A stretch of 64,000 nucleotides of DNA from Amoebidium appalachense (Eukaryota > Protista > Ichthyosporea). A model generated the notes under the pieces. It was not told the DNA's origin and searched no databases. It was given only the letters and a program-made list of their open reading frames with translations. Positions 1 through 29,281 of the stretch are shown here, piece after piece. The translations under genes and the position numbers were made by a program. The first letter of the stretch is position 1; each line of letters begins with the position of its first letter. Location: contig CAVNZM010000017.1 in assembly GCA_963693365.1 (NCBI GenBank), positions 4,764,708 to 4,828,707 of the forward strand, written 5' to 3'.

Positions 1-62
1 CGTACGCGCGCGCGTGTGTGTGTTTATTTTTTGTTGGGGGGGGGGGGGGGGGGGAGGGTGTG

Positions 63-108
<46 letters not shown>

Positions 109-271
109 TGTGTGGGTGGGTGTGTGTGTGAGTGGGATGGTGGGTGGATATGGGTGTGAGTGTCTGTGGGTGCGTGCGTGTGCTGTGTGCACGAATGGAT
201 ATGTGCCTGTGTGTGTGTGCCTGTGTGTGTGTGTCTGTGTGTGTGTGTGTGTGTGTCTTTTTGGAACAAAG

Positions 272-1579
<1,308 letters not shown>

Positions 1580-2039
1580 CTACAAAACAATTAGTACCCG
1601 ATTGTTTGAAAAAAATAAAGATTCTGGGAGCCTAGCAAAGATGAACGGGGTGGGAGATACCCCTCGGGGGGGGGGAGAGGGGGGGGGGGGGGGGGGGGGG
1701 GGGGACAGCAGCTTCCCTATACACAATAAAAAGACAAGTTCGAGCACAGCAGATCGTAATTCTGCGGAAGCCTTTTGCTTCGTTACCAATCATCGACAAT
1801 AGGCCGAAAATTTCAATGTGTGATGGTCTGGCAGCATATATAGGTCTCACGTGCTCTCTCTCTGCCACATCCACGTGATGCATTTCTTCACGTGTGCTTT
1901 GCAATCCGCATTGTGTTATCCGTCATGAATACGCACCTTGAACCCTGTAACGCATTCTAACCTCTCCCCCTCCCCCCCCCCCCAAACACACACACAAACA
2001 ATCTTCCATGACACACAACCTCCCAACCCTCCCTTTCAA

Positions 2040-2445
2040 CGGCAGGGCAGATTCTCTGTTGGAGAGGGGGGGGGGGGGGGGTTTCCATCTAAATGAATTT
2101 GCCACTCGGGTAACAGACGCCATGCAATCTTGTGTGTTTAGAAGTGTTGTTGGGTCAGATAGCAGTTAGTAGGCACCAAAATGTTGGGGAAAACCCGCAC
2201 ACCCGGGGGGTTTTTGCCGCAAGACGGCGGGGCAAATTCTCTATGGACAGGGGAAGGGAGGGGGAGGGCTTCTATCAAGATGAATTTGCCAGTCAGGTAA
2301 CAGACACCGTGCAATCTTGTGTGTTTAGAAGTGTTGTTGGGTCAGATACCAGTTAGTAGGCAGCAAAAAATTGGGGAAAAGCAGCACACCCGGGGGGTTT
2401 TTGCCGCAAGACGGCGAGGCAAATTCTCTATGGAGAGGGGAAGGA
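2040..2445. repeat. Tandem duplication, ~187-bp unit (about 2.3 copies)
   Basis: ATGAATTTGCCA..GGTAACAGAC..ATGCAATCTTGTGTGTTTAGAAGTGTTGTTGGGTCAGATA…GCCGCAAGACGGCG.GGCAAATTCTCTATGGA occurs at ~2093-2250 and ~2280-2437. A partial unit end lies at ~2040-2065. Confidence 0.85.
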
Positions 2446-3180
2446 GAGGGGGGGGGGGGGGGGGGAGAGGGGGGGGGAGGGGGGGGGGAGGGGGGGGGAA
2501 GGGGGGGGGGGGGGGGGGGGGGGATGGAGAGATAGCCCAAGTCCGGAAATAAGTGGAAATATTCCAGAAATTTCCGGAAGTGTTTGAGATTATAGCCAAA
2601 ATGTATAATTGCATGGATCTTTTTTTTGCAGTGTAATTCCAGGAACTGGACATTTTCGGTTTTCCGGATTTTATCAAGTCATGGTGTTGTAACAAACCGT
2701 ATACACTTTGAGTTGTGTTCTGAACAACCGTATACTATCTTCCTGAGAGACTTCTTCTTTACCCTGAGATATCAATGATATTTCGCCTTTTCATGTCCTA
2801 TGAGCAAATCAAAAAGTCATCGAAAAAATTTATTTCTATTTTTCGTAACTTTACTGTATTGCCGTAGTGTTTTTTCCTAATCGTGAACAAAGGCAAAAAC
2901 TAAACAGCTTTCGGCTGCATACCCCAAAATAAGAATTATCCAGACTTATTATTTTTGGGGGGGTCAGGGCCGCACACAGCAGGAGTTCAGCGTAATCAAT
3001 ACATTGTCAGTATCCATCTACACTTACTGCGTAGCTTGTAATATACTTATAGTATATTCATACGTCAAATATTTTAGGAAAAAGTTTCGGCAAGTGTTAA
3101 TCGTCATCAAGTATAAAACCCCGGCTCCAAGCACAGGCTATGGTTTGCTTCTATATTGCCATTTCCTACCCTCTCCCATC

Positions 3181-3263
<83 letters not shown>

Positions 3264-3287
3264 ATCCCGGCCCCCACCCAACCACCC

Positions 3288-3332
<45 letters not shown>

Positions 3333-4165
3333 CAGTCTGGAGAAGGAGAAACCCAATTTTTCATGATTCGATTATTTTGAAAACCGGATTACATAACAAC
3401 GTTATGTACTATACACAAGGTGCTGGTCTAAAATACGAATAAGTGAAAGGATTTTAAAGCACTGTGAGGCTTAAACCCCAACTAGCATATCCAAAATCTA
3501 TCCGTTCTTTTTTATTTTTTCGGGCTAATACACTTCATACTGAATGTGCTTAGAGCTAGAGCGGCCCTGAGTACAAACTACCACCATGTTAGAAATAAAT
3601 GATACAAGTTGTGGTGTTTATTATCTGTAGTAAATTTTCAACGTTTCGGTTACTTAGTAAGTGTTGTGTGTAGTGCGAGTGTCGTATTGTGTAAGTAGAT
3701 GTGCATTTTGAAAGAATAAAAGTGGAGGCAAACTGCAAATCACATTCTGATACCGATCGTATCAATAATCACATACAGCAGCATACGGGTTGTGTCATAA
3801 GCGAGGGTGTGCAAAAAGGAAAAACTTTCCGGGATTGGGATTCTAGCGCTAGAAAGTTTTGTTAAGATTCTGGCCGGATAGCCCGTACAGCATATTTAAA
3901 AATTAACCGCACAGTATGTGAAGATTAGTGTTATTTTCTTTTGTCCCAGTAGGCTAGGGGGATCCGGATATAATATTCCAGCCAACTACAGCAAAAATCC
4001 AAGTTCTGCCTTAGTTAACCCCTGTAAGTCCATTGTCGTGATATTGGCCCTGCAGTCAACTCGCTCACCAACTGTCCAATCATTCAGCCTATTTGCGTAC
4101 ATCCACTCATACCGTAAATCCTTCCTTCACACCCTAGCGGCATCCACGACATCCCATTACCATAT

Positions 4166-19229
<15,064 letters not shown>

Positions 19230-19811
19230 TTTCGGGTTTTTTGTTCCCTTTTTTTGTGTTCTTTATCCGGTTTTTTAGGTCTGGTCAGTGCAGCGTCATA
19301 TTGTCGTTTCCGTGCGTCTTCCTACCTGCCAATCCCAATCCCACCCTTCTTGTTAGTGCTATGTGTCAAAAGCACACCAAAAGTCTAGAATAAGTTATTT
19401 CCCTAGGGCCTGCACCCCCTTTTTTAACCCAAAACACCCCAGTTACTGCGTAAGGCTGGCATAATTTACTCGTTTCTTTTCTAACACTAGTGCAGATCCT
19501 TAGTACAATAGTAAATGCATTTGTACGTGTCCCCAAGATCATACATAAATGGCTTTATGCCCGTTTCTTTTTTTGTAACCCCAAGCACATGTATACAGAG
19601 ATAAACTTTCATTATTTTTAAATCATTAGTAAGGTCGCGCTTACACAACTCTACTGAAACATTGACAGAGTATGCAAGAATATTAATAGCCAAACTGACA
19701 GGCTGTCACATTTCTCTAACGGATCAACACATTATCGAGAGCCAACGAAGCTTTAAACTTAAAATCTTGAAAAGGAGTGTGTGCGTACACGCACGTGCGT
19801 GGGCGCGCACG

Positions 19812-19975
<164 letters not shown>

Positions 19976-20251
19976 GTTTGATACCTGACACACGCACACA
20001 CACACACACACACACACAGACACATATACACGCATGTGCATGCAGACACACACGCACACACACACACACATTCACACACACACGTGTGTCCGCGTGCGCG
20101 CACACGCACACACGCACACACACGCTCGCACACACATACAACACACACAGACACGCACACACGCACACAAACACGTACACACACACGTACACATACGCCC
20201 ACACAAACATGCACACACGCACAACATGCACACACTAACAAACATATTATT

Positions 20252-20363
<112 letters not shown>

Positions 20364-22895
20364 CGTGCACAAAGCATTTACTCGTGCGCAAGCGTGCTTC
20401 CCACACACATGTCAGCACACTCACTCCATCACCATCGCACACCCTTCTACAAAATGCACACGCAAATAGTTCGAGCACAGAGACACCCAAGCATACACAC
20501 AACGTACATGCAATGACAGACAGGCGCTCTGTTACAAGAAATGCACGCACGCGAATAAGATTCTAGAGACCAAACATAGGAGGCACACAGGAACACAGAT
20601 GGAAGTGCATGCAGATGGCCCATCCTGTAACTTTCTTCTTGACCATGCGAATGCTCAGATGCATCACCCATGAGCACCAATAGAAAGTAGCAACATTCTA
20701 GCGCATTAAAGAGAGAAAAACTCTAACGATAGGGGAAGCAGGGTGATATTGTTTGAGAGGCTCTCATACCTTGGCGCCTGCCAGCACAAATGGGAACATA
20801 AACAACAAAGCAAAAAAAAAGGCGGGCTGAAGTGTGCATGTGGTGTTTGCCTTAACCAAACCAGAAGAAACGTACCACAGTAGGTGTCGCCTTCTTCTAA
20901 AAGAAATCGAAAGCTCATCAAGAAATTGGCTGTCGATCCTGCAGGCTCAGGCTCTTCCCTTTCTGTCGCGTTTCGAATTCACCACATAAGAAATGCTATG
21001 TATTGTGTAAAGCGCAGTGGTGTGCTACGACCGCCTACCCGTTAACATGAAAACCCCTCATCGATGTCAATGTTTCGAGGTTGCATACGATGCACTATAA
21101 AGCCGTGCAAAACCTTGGCAAGTATATAGATTGACAGGTAAAACCAAAGTGGTTTTTTTTTTTTGCTCCAAGATTTTCGACAGGTCTTTTTTTTCGACAA
21201 TTGCAAGGGGCAGAAAGTCGACGTCCTTGTAGGTTGTGGCGTCGTGCCAACTGATAAGACGCTGAGCAATCTTGGAGTGCTATATATTATTCATGTTATG
21301 ATTGGTTAGACGATAGTATTTATTTTGTCTGCGGTGTAGTGTGCATGTAATATTAGTATGCACTGACCCACCTATGTTGATTGTCGAACACAATTGGAAA
21401 AAAACATTATTATAGACCTAACCCTCCTTTTTTTAATTCGGCCACACAAAGGTGTTCCCCTTACGATAATACGGCAGGCGATATGATCTTTGATTCGGCA
21501 AATCTGGAATTCACTGGAATTTTGGGTGACCCTTATTCATCCAATCAGCAGGTGGTAGGCAGATTGCGAATTTGCAAGATTTGCGTTCCGAGTGACTTCG
21601 AATTCCGAGTGTCCCCCGAACACGTTTTCTTTTTTGATTTGTCACCACTAAGTGATTAATAATGAACATGATAATTTCAGCTTCTTGCAGTTGCTGCAGG
21701 ACTATTGTTGTTGGGTTTTATTGCTCCAGTGGCCAGTGCTTTCAGGTCCAACTGCCCACTGAGTGATGGGCTGTGATAGCAATAAACTAGAGCGACCCGT
21801 TCTATGATTCTGGCGGTGTCACGATTGCATATCTTCTAACCCATGTAAAAGATTTCATGTAAAACAAACCTCCACCAAATTTTCTTTAGCTGTTGTGCAT
21901 ATATACTGCTGGCAAAACACAATCCTGGGGGGCCCAAATCAACTTAGTAAGTTAGGTATCACCGAGATAACGGCGGACACACACTTCACCGCAGGCCATC
22001 ATGCACTGGACGTTTCCATCTCGTGTCGATATGATGAAGATTCCCACACTAAGGACATATTTACTCCAGCTCACCCGTCCATTACCACAGAAAGCAGGAG
22101 CCGATATGCAGAATCTAGAGTACGTTGCATAAAAAAACCTCGCCGAGTGTTTAGACATACATTTCTGGGAGTGTATCATGTTGACCTCGCAACTTTGACT
22201 GAATTCGTACGTGCGAGTATTGTGTGAGTGCCCATTGGCTAGTGATTCTGTGGTGGTATTATTAGTTTCAATACTCTTAATTAAGCCAAAGGCGCAGAGA
22301 TAGTTTTTAACGCTGAACAGTTTGCTTCATGAGGCCAGTTTCAAAGTAAGTACTAAGAAAAAATTAGTTCCACTACACACATATACATAGTCATCACTAA
22401 TAAGAGCTGGGGCTCGGCTGCATCCTCAGGCATTCTAAGAGAATGGGTAAGTACTACTATCATGTGCACTTATTAACGTTGTCCAGCTTAATTACACGCT
22501 ATTAGAGTTTTGGGGAATAAGTGATCATGAATGCGAAATTTAAACTTTTAATGCCATCCAATGGTGTATGAATATTAGCATGGTACCATACATTAGTTTC
22601 TGGGAGAGAAAAAGTGTGGCACAGCCACAGTTGTGGCTACACCGCCATGTCATATACCGTACCGGAGATGAACATAACCCGAGCTTTGGAGAGGCGACTC
22701 TGACGGTGGCAAAGCAATAAAAAAAAAGTAGGAATATGGTCAGAGTCGCAGACTATCACTGATTTTTTTGATTTGCAGCAGAACCATCAATTGCAGCCTA
22801 TATAGGTGGAATTGTCGTGCTTCTCTTCATACTTGGATGTGCCCACTACACGTTTGTGTGGTTTTGCGGCGCTATCTGTTGTGCTTGGTAAGCAG

Positions 22896-22927
<32 letters not shown>

Positions 22928-23030
22928 CGTTCCCGCGAGTGAGACAACTTGCACCCCCCCCCCAACACACAAATAACTGTCACACCGCCTCTTACATAGT
23001 CTACACCCCCCCACACACCCTGTGTGTGTA

Positions 23031-23108
<78 letters not shown>

Positions 23109-23429
23109 CGCGCGTGTGCGCGTGCCGGGGTACGTGCACGTGCGTGTGTGCGTGTGATTGTGTGCGTGTGTGTGTGTATGTGTTGGGTGTGCGCGTGTGG
23201 GCCCACGCACTATAGCAAACTCTGAGTGTGTGAGTGGGACACACGTGTGCGGGCAGGCGGAAGCTGGTGAATGGGATCAAATGTGGGGCCCTTATTTTTA
23301 GAATGCGGTAGAGGAGAGCTCGAGGTTGGAGGAGCATTAATTACTAGGCCTGATTCAGGGAGTGCATTATTAGCACCATCGAACCGACGTTAACGTTAGT
23401 ACTGTAGCATGTATGATGTAATGCTAACA

Positions 23430-23959
23430 ATGGCGAATAACTATGCCACCAAACTCAGTAACTGGGAGCGGCCTACCACCACCGCCGCCGCACACGACCA
23501 GAAGTTACAGCAGGGATGGGGCTACAGCCGCCCACCTGAGGTAAGAAACCGCTATTGAACACTCTTACATAATGATATACACACAGACTGAGTACAATAA
23601 CTTCCACATACGCAAATAAGTTCTGATTTACGCGCCACACATGTGTGACATTGTTTGTGCACATGCATGATACTTTGCAAGAGTTGTGTTAGATTGTAGG
23701 GTTTTCTTAAGTTATTTTTATGTATGAGTGCATAGTTGTTCAAGTTGCCACATAGAGCATATTTGCATTTGTACAGAGCCTCTGTTACTTTGCACGTTAT
23801 TAGTAAGTACAAGGACGGCCCTGCTGCAAATTAGTAGCAGTAAACGGTACAGTTTGCGTCCGCGCTTAAGATTCTACGGTTTTGAGGGGGTGTCGACGGA
23901 ATCTTACGGCTATTAGAGCCGGAGACGACCGGTCGTATCCATGATCTTGAGGCCCGACC

Positions 23960-23997
<38 letters not shown>

Positions 23998-24089
23998 TGG
24001 GAATGGTACACATATGCATATGCCGCCGGAGAGACGTGTGTGTGAGGGGAAAAGAGGAGCGGGGTGGGTGGTTGTTTTTTTTTTTTTTT

Positions 24090-24120
<31 letters not shown>

Positions 24121-24365
24121 GGGGGAGGGGGGACCTAGGAGGGGGGGGGGGGGGGGAGGAGGGTGGGTGGGGGGAGGACTGCATTGCATGCACAGTTGGG
24201 AAGACAGGGAGGGAACTTCAAGGGAGGAGTCGTACGCGTACATGCAGTGTTAAATTGACATGTACATATGTATTAAAAAGAGGGAGAGGGAGAGAGTGTG
24301 ACAGAGAGAGAGGAGTTCTCTAGAGAGATAGAGAGAAAGGCCTTGAGAGAGAGAGAGGGAGAGAG

Positions 24366-24408
<43 letters not shown>

Positions 24409-25014
24409 AGAGAGAGACTGGAGAGAGAGAGAGGGGGAGGGAGAGGGAGAGCTAGAGGGAGGGAGAGAGAGGGTGTGAGGGAGAGAGAAATAAGAAAGTC
24501 AGGGGAATCCGGAACCGTTGCCTACAGCACTAGTACTCTGAACTTCGATGACTGAGAGGCTGGGGAGGCTTGTTGGGGGGGGGGGTCTATTTTCTCTAAG
24601 ATTATCCCGAAAATGGGCTCGTAGATGGAATCTAAAGATTTTGGCAAAATCGGCGTATACGGAATCTTAGCAGTGGACGATCTTAGGCGCGGACGGACAC
24701 TGTAGCCGGTGACTCTGATGCAACTGTGTGCATGGGGCTTCCGGGATTATCATGTATATGGCCCACGGTGTGCCAGCCTGAGGTGATGGTGTGTGCACAC
24801 CTGCATACGTTTATGGCAGCCTGAGCATTCAGTGCCGTGCTTGAGCAACATGAAACTTATGATGATTGGCTTATTTTTTTTTGCCAATTGCAATCTTGCT
24901 CGTGTAGGCCCAGCCCCCATTGGGGTTCCCCCCTCCCCCCTCCTCTCCCCCTCCCCCCGTGTCCAAACCCCCCCCCCCCCCCCCCTCTCCCCTCCTCCCC
25001 TGCCTCCCCCCCCC

Positions 25015-25049
<35 letters not shown>

Positions 25050-25715
25050 TCATCTTTTGTTGGGCCCCATTAAAATATCGTGGTCACTGTATCGACGTCT
25101 ACTTAGTGTAACACACTGCATTTTTTTTCTTTTTTTTTTTGGTCTGATTGCAATCTTGTGTAGGCACATCATTTTTGCTGAACTGAATTTATAGGACTTA
25201 CATACTAAGTCTTTGTACGGTGCTTACCAGCCTATTCACAGGGAGGAACAGCCCAGAAAGTTCCCGAACCAAGCAAGCCATATGTGGACGACCACAGCGG
25301 CATGCCCATACAGCCGACACCCGTAGCACCGATGCCCTTTGCCGGTGTCACCCAAACAAACACCTACCCCGGCCCTATACCATCTATACCCCAGTACCCT
25401 CCGCCAAACTCTTCATATTATCCAAATTACCCCCAACCAACACCAGGTCCCGGTCACTATGCACCTCCGCACACAGTACCTCAGCCTTATTCATTCCCTC
25501 ATGTACAACCACCACCGTATATAACCCCCGGCGATCTAAACCCGATTCCTGCACTGGGGCCCGGTGTAGGGGGGTACACTGCGGGTTATGTTTCTGCACC
25601 TCTTGTACCGCCCACGGCTCCGCCCTACCCCTACCCGTCTGACATTGCACACGCACGTGCACCGTACGGCCACAATGACAATGGCAGGGGGCACTCTATG
25701 TCTGCAACTGTGTAG
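23430..25715 (+). CDS. Pro/Tyr-rich protein (terminal exon clear, 5' structure uncertain)
   Basis: Terminal exon 25241-25715 follows CCTATTCACAG and reads GGTAQKVPEPSKPYVDDHSGMPIQPTPVAP…QPPPY…APPYPYP…MSATV*. An in-phase candidate upstream exon lies at 23430-23540 (MANNYATKLSNWERP…YSRPPE|GTAAG). The MITE sits in the intervening intron. Confidence 0.55.
23850..24702. mobile_element. Non-autonomous Tc1/mariner-type MITE
   Basis: Imperfect ~24-bp terminal inverted repeats: left CAGTTTGCGTCCGCGCTTAAGATT, right (reverse complement) CAGTGTCCGTCCGCGCCTAAGATC. TA flanks both ends (23848-49, 24703-04). GGAATCTTA/TAAGATT motifs repeat inside. The interior is filled with poly-G and (GA)n, and there is no transposase ORF. 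Confidence 0.8.
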
Positions 25716-26398
25716 GAGAGGAGGGGGATTCAAGGGAGTTACTAAAATCTCATAGTTAATCTATTCATTGCATAAAAAAAAAAAACACATTTATCGACAG
25801 CAGTCTCAGTCTGGTGTACTATTAATTAAGGATTATTAACTGTCAACATATTCATGTCCTTCATAGTATCCCGTTTTTTTTAATATTACCGTGACCAAAC
25901 ACTTGTTTGTTATTATTAAACAATTTCTGCCGATCAACATGTCGCGGTATATGTATGCACTACAAGTAGCCCCTTTACATGTACTAGTGTCACAGTGTAT
26001 GATAGCCTTTGACTTGTAAAATAACTGTGTAGCTGGTCGGACATGAAACGGTGCACACACATGTATGTGTAGCCTTGAGGAACACGTTGTTTCAATAATA
26101 AGAACTGAAGAGCAATTTCAACAAGTGCATTTTCACGTCTTTTTGAACTTGATCAAAAGTTTTAACGGTTATTATGACTTAAAGTTTGTGGTTGTTGACG
26201 TTGCCACTATAATTATAGCTAGCTACTAGAGTCTTTTATGCTAGCTTTTGAATGGTCGTTAACAATTCAAATCATTCTAATACGTGTTTCTCTTTTTTTT
26301 TTTTGTGCAATGAACCATGCAACAGGCCAATGATTCCTTTTTTTTATTTATTAATTCAAGTTCTTCAGTTGTTCAACGGGTGCACAGGACCCGGGGTT

Positions 26399-26432
<34 letters not shown>

Positions 26433-26503
26433 TTCTCCCCCCTACACACCCGCTGTCTCTCACTAACTCTCTCTCCCTCACTCACACACATCACACACGC
26501 ACG

Positions 26504-26602
<99 letters not shown>

Positions 26603-26610
26603 CCTCTTCC

Positions 26611-26645
<35 letters not shown>

Positions 26646-26707
26646 TCTCTCTCTCAGATCCCTCTCTCTCTCTCCCTCTCTCTCCCCCCCCTCTCTCTCT
26701 CTGTGTG

Positions 26708-26746
<39 letters not shown>

Positions 26747-27329
26747 GTCTCTCTGTCTCTCTCTCTCTCTCCCCCTCCCCCCCCCCCTCCCCCCCCCCCC
26801 CCCCTCTCTCTCTCTCTTTCATGATCAGAGCTCCCGTCCTCGTTCTCTCTCGCTCTCCCTCCCCCCGGCCCTTCTCCCCCCCCCCCCCCCCCCCCCCCCC
26901 CCCAACGCCCCCTCCCCCCGTGACACACACATACACACACATGTGCACACACACGCACACACACGCACGCACACACTTGCACACACGCACACGCGCACAC
27001 ACACGCACACGCGCACACACGCACGCACACACGTGCACGCACACACGCACACACGCACACACATTCGCACACACACCCACCCACCTACCCCCCCCCCCCC
27101 CCACACACACACACACACTCACACTTATTATACTCGCACAAACACACACACACACGCACGTACACGCACACACATCCCACCAAAGAAATACCTAAACCCC
27201 ACCCCTAAACCCCACCCCTCCAAGGCTGCAACGGTTGAACAGGTCTCAGGAGCTCGAGTGGCGCGGGGTTTGAAATTCAGACCCAAAAATGGAAGGTGAC
27301 TATTGTCCATTTTTGGCAAGTACAATGAA

Positions 27330-27770
27330 TTGCGTCGGCCGGCGGCCTCCGCGTGTGCCCGAACCGAGGCTTTGTGGGCGGAATCAATTCGGAACAGATT
27401 CGGAATCGGATCGAAGTCGGTGCATTATTCGAATCGGATTGCGAACCGAATTCGCAACATCATCTGATCCGGAGGCTCTGAGTTCGCGTGGCCTTTTCTC
27501 TTAAGGTTTTTCTGGGTTGCAAGAACTTGCTCGCTGCCGGGGCTCGCTTTGCTCGCCGCGGCGCTCGTCCTACGGGGCTCGCTTTGCTCGCCCCGGGTCA
27601 CTGACTCATCTGGGGCGGAAATCGATTTGGAATTGAATAAGAATGGTAAGGTGTTAGGAATCGGATCGGAGTCGGTCAAGGATTCGGAGTCGGATCGAGA
27701 ACCCGATTCGCAACATCATCTGAGCCCGCCGTGGACTGCCTTGCGGCGGATGTTCTTGACAGCTCGTGTT
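27330..27770. repeat. GC-rich block of TCGGA/ATCGG motifs with a ~70-bp direct repeat and GCTCGCTTTGCTCGCC hairpin repeats; probable DNA-transposon relic
   Basis: ATCGGATCG.AGTCGGT…GA.TCGGAT…A.C.GATTCGCAACATCATCTGA at ~27406-27467 and ~27660-27723. GGGGCTCGCTTTGCTCGCC at ~27539 and ~27574. Confidence 0.55.
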
Positions 27771-27937
27771 CTTCCCATTGGCTCATGTACTTATTTCTGA
27801 AGCGCCGTCATGATACTGTACTGCAGCCGGGGAGCGCCGGATGTACTTCCTGGGGAGGAACCTCTTGAGTATGCAAGCTGTCGCGATTTGTATTAACGGA
27901 AGAGCCGGGTAAAATAAAGCACCGCGCTCCACATCCT

Positions 27938-28330
27938 AATTGATTGGCGCACTCTGATTGGCTGTGAGATCCTCTTTTTCTTGACATCTCACGTGAGACA
28001 GTCCGCTCCCCTAACAACAACCCTTTCAAAACCCAACTTCGGCTTTCAGCCTAGGTCTCCCGGGAACGAACGGAACGGCTGAGCTAGCGTGGTCAAGAGT
28101 TAGTAAGACTAAATGTGAGATTTTTGCGGCATAATTATATGGTAAATTTGACAAAATAAATCTCATGTATTTCAAGCTCTTTTTATAAATTAAAAAAACT
28201 GGAATCTCATGAGGTCCGAATCTCATGACAAGCTTCCATGATTTGCCCCCCTTCTGAAGGCGGTTTCGGTATCCAATCAGATGCTTGCCCTGGAGTGGAC
28301 CATTTTGGAGCAACACAAACTATAAAAACA
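27938..28330 (+). promoter_or_regulatory. Putative CCAAT/TATA promoter of the small basic protein gene
   Basis: TGATTGGC twice (~27941, ~27955), palindrome TCTCACGTGAGA (~27987), repeated AATCTCATGA (~28203, ~28219), CCAATCAG (~28274), and TATAAAA at 28321, about 100 bp upstream of ATG 28425. Confidence 0.5.
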
Positions 28331-28424
28331 CAAACACAGTTTTGGCCTATACCGAGTTTTTTTCTCCTTTCACTACCTCTACTATTACGATATTGTTACT
28401 TTACCTACTTTTGGAATAGAGAAA

Positions 28425-29281
28425 ATGGTGACCAAGAAGAGAACCCATGAGGAGCAGGGAGGCAGCCCGGCGAAGAAGGCGAAGATTCCCACCCCACCCC
28501 CTCCCCCCAAGCCGAAGGCGGCTGTGAAGAGCAAGCCCGCGCCAAAAACGGTGGGTGTAATGTGTGTTGGTCAGTGTGCACGAGAACACGAGTGAAAGGC
28601 TGTTACTTTGTGTTCTCTAGAAGAAGTGATTAAGGATCGGACTACCTCGCTTGTGAAACCTTGCAATCTCTAATTGATGTGTGCGCATGCTTTACTAGTC
28701 AGACGCTTTAACGCTAGCCAAGAGGCAGTGTGATTACAAACTACTGTAGGGTACTGAGAATCTTGATGTGATGGTTACAACCTGAACGTTCTGGCTAACT
28801 AAATGTTTGTCTTTGCAGCCTGCCATTTCAAAGGGCGACTTCATGAAGAATGCTAAGCAATTGACCGCCCTGGTTGATAAGAAGGCGCTCAAGCTGACGC
28901 CCAAGGAGTTCTCTTCAGGTGGGTACACAGCCTATTGATAACTGAATGTTTTGACTTTTTAGTCTAAATTAGTTTAGCGCAAGGTTTTCGCAGTGCTATT
29001 GCAGTATGTTTGATTTAAGGTGATGCTAAGAGATCGACTGCAAGATTCCAAAAGTGAGCCTTTACATTGATGATGTTCATCGGTAGTCACCTGCTCATGC
29101 GTGCAGCAGCGCTCGTTAGACTCTATGTAGTATTGCAACCTGACGGGGTGACACGTATCGTTCCTTCCTCACAGGGGGCTTTGGCTGGACGTCTTCGGGC
29201 AAGGGCACTGCCGAAGTGGATGGTCACAAACTTCAGTTGCAGATCACGATCAACGTGTCCGTAGTTGGGTCCAAGGCATGA
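28425..29281 (+). CDS. Small basic protein (110 aa): Lys/Pro/Ala-rich tail with SPAKKAK plus a compact C-terminal domain; putative nucleic-acid-binding protein
   Basis: Exons 28425-28550, 28819-28918 and 29175-29281 (333 nt, TGA) give MVTKKRTHEEQGGSPAKKAKIPTPPPPPKPKAAVKSKPAPKTPAISKGDFMKNAKQLTALVDKKALKLTPKEFSSGGFGWTSSGKGTAEVDGHKLQLQITINVSVVGSKA. Splice sites are canonical, AAG is strongly preferred for Lys, and the introns are short and repeat-free. Missed by the ORF track. Confidence 0.85.

Noticed and set aside
24705-24782. Exon immediately after the MITE (GDSDATVCMGLPG…QPE)
   Set aside because: Its acceptor would be made from the MITE terminus/TSD and its entry phase does not match the upstream candidate exon, so it is unsupported.
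27245-27290. tRNA or tRNA-derived SINE (GGTTTGAAATTC, B-box-like)
   Set aside because: No cloverleaf or acceptor stem can be formed. I found no convincing tRNA or rRNA in the window.
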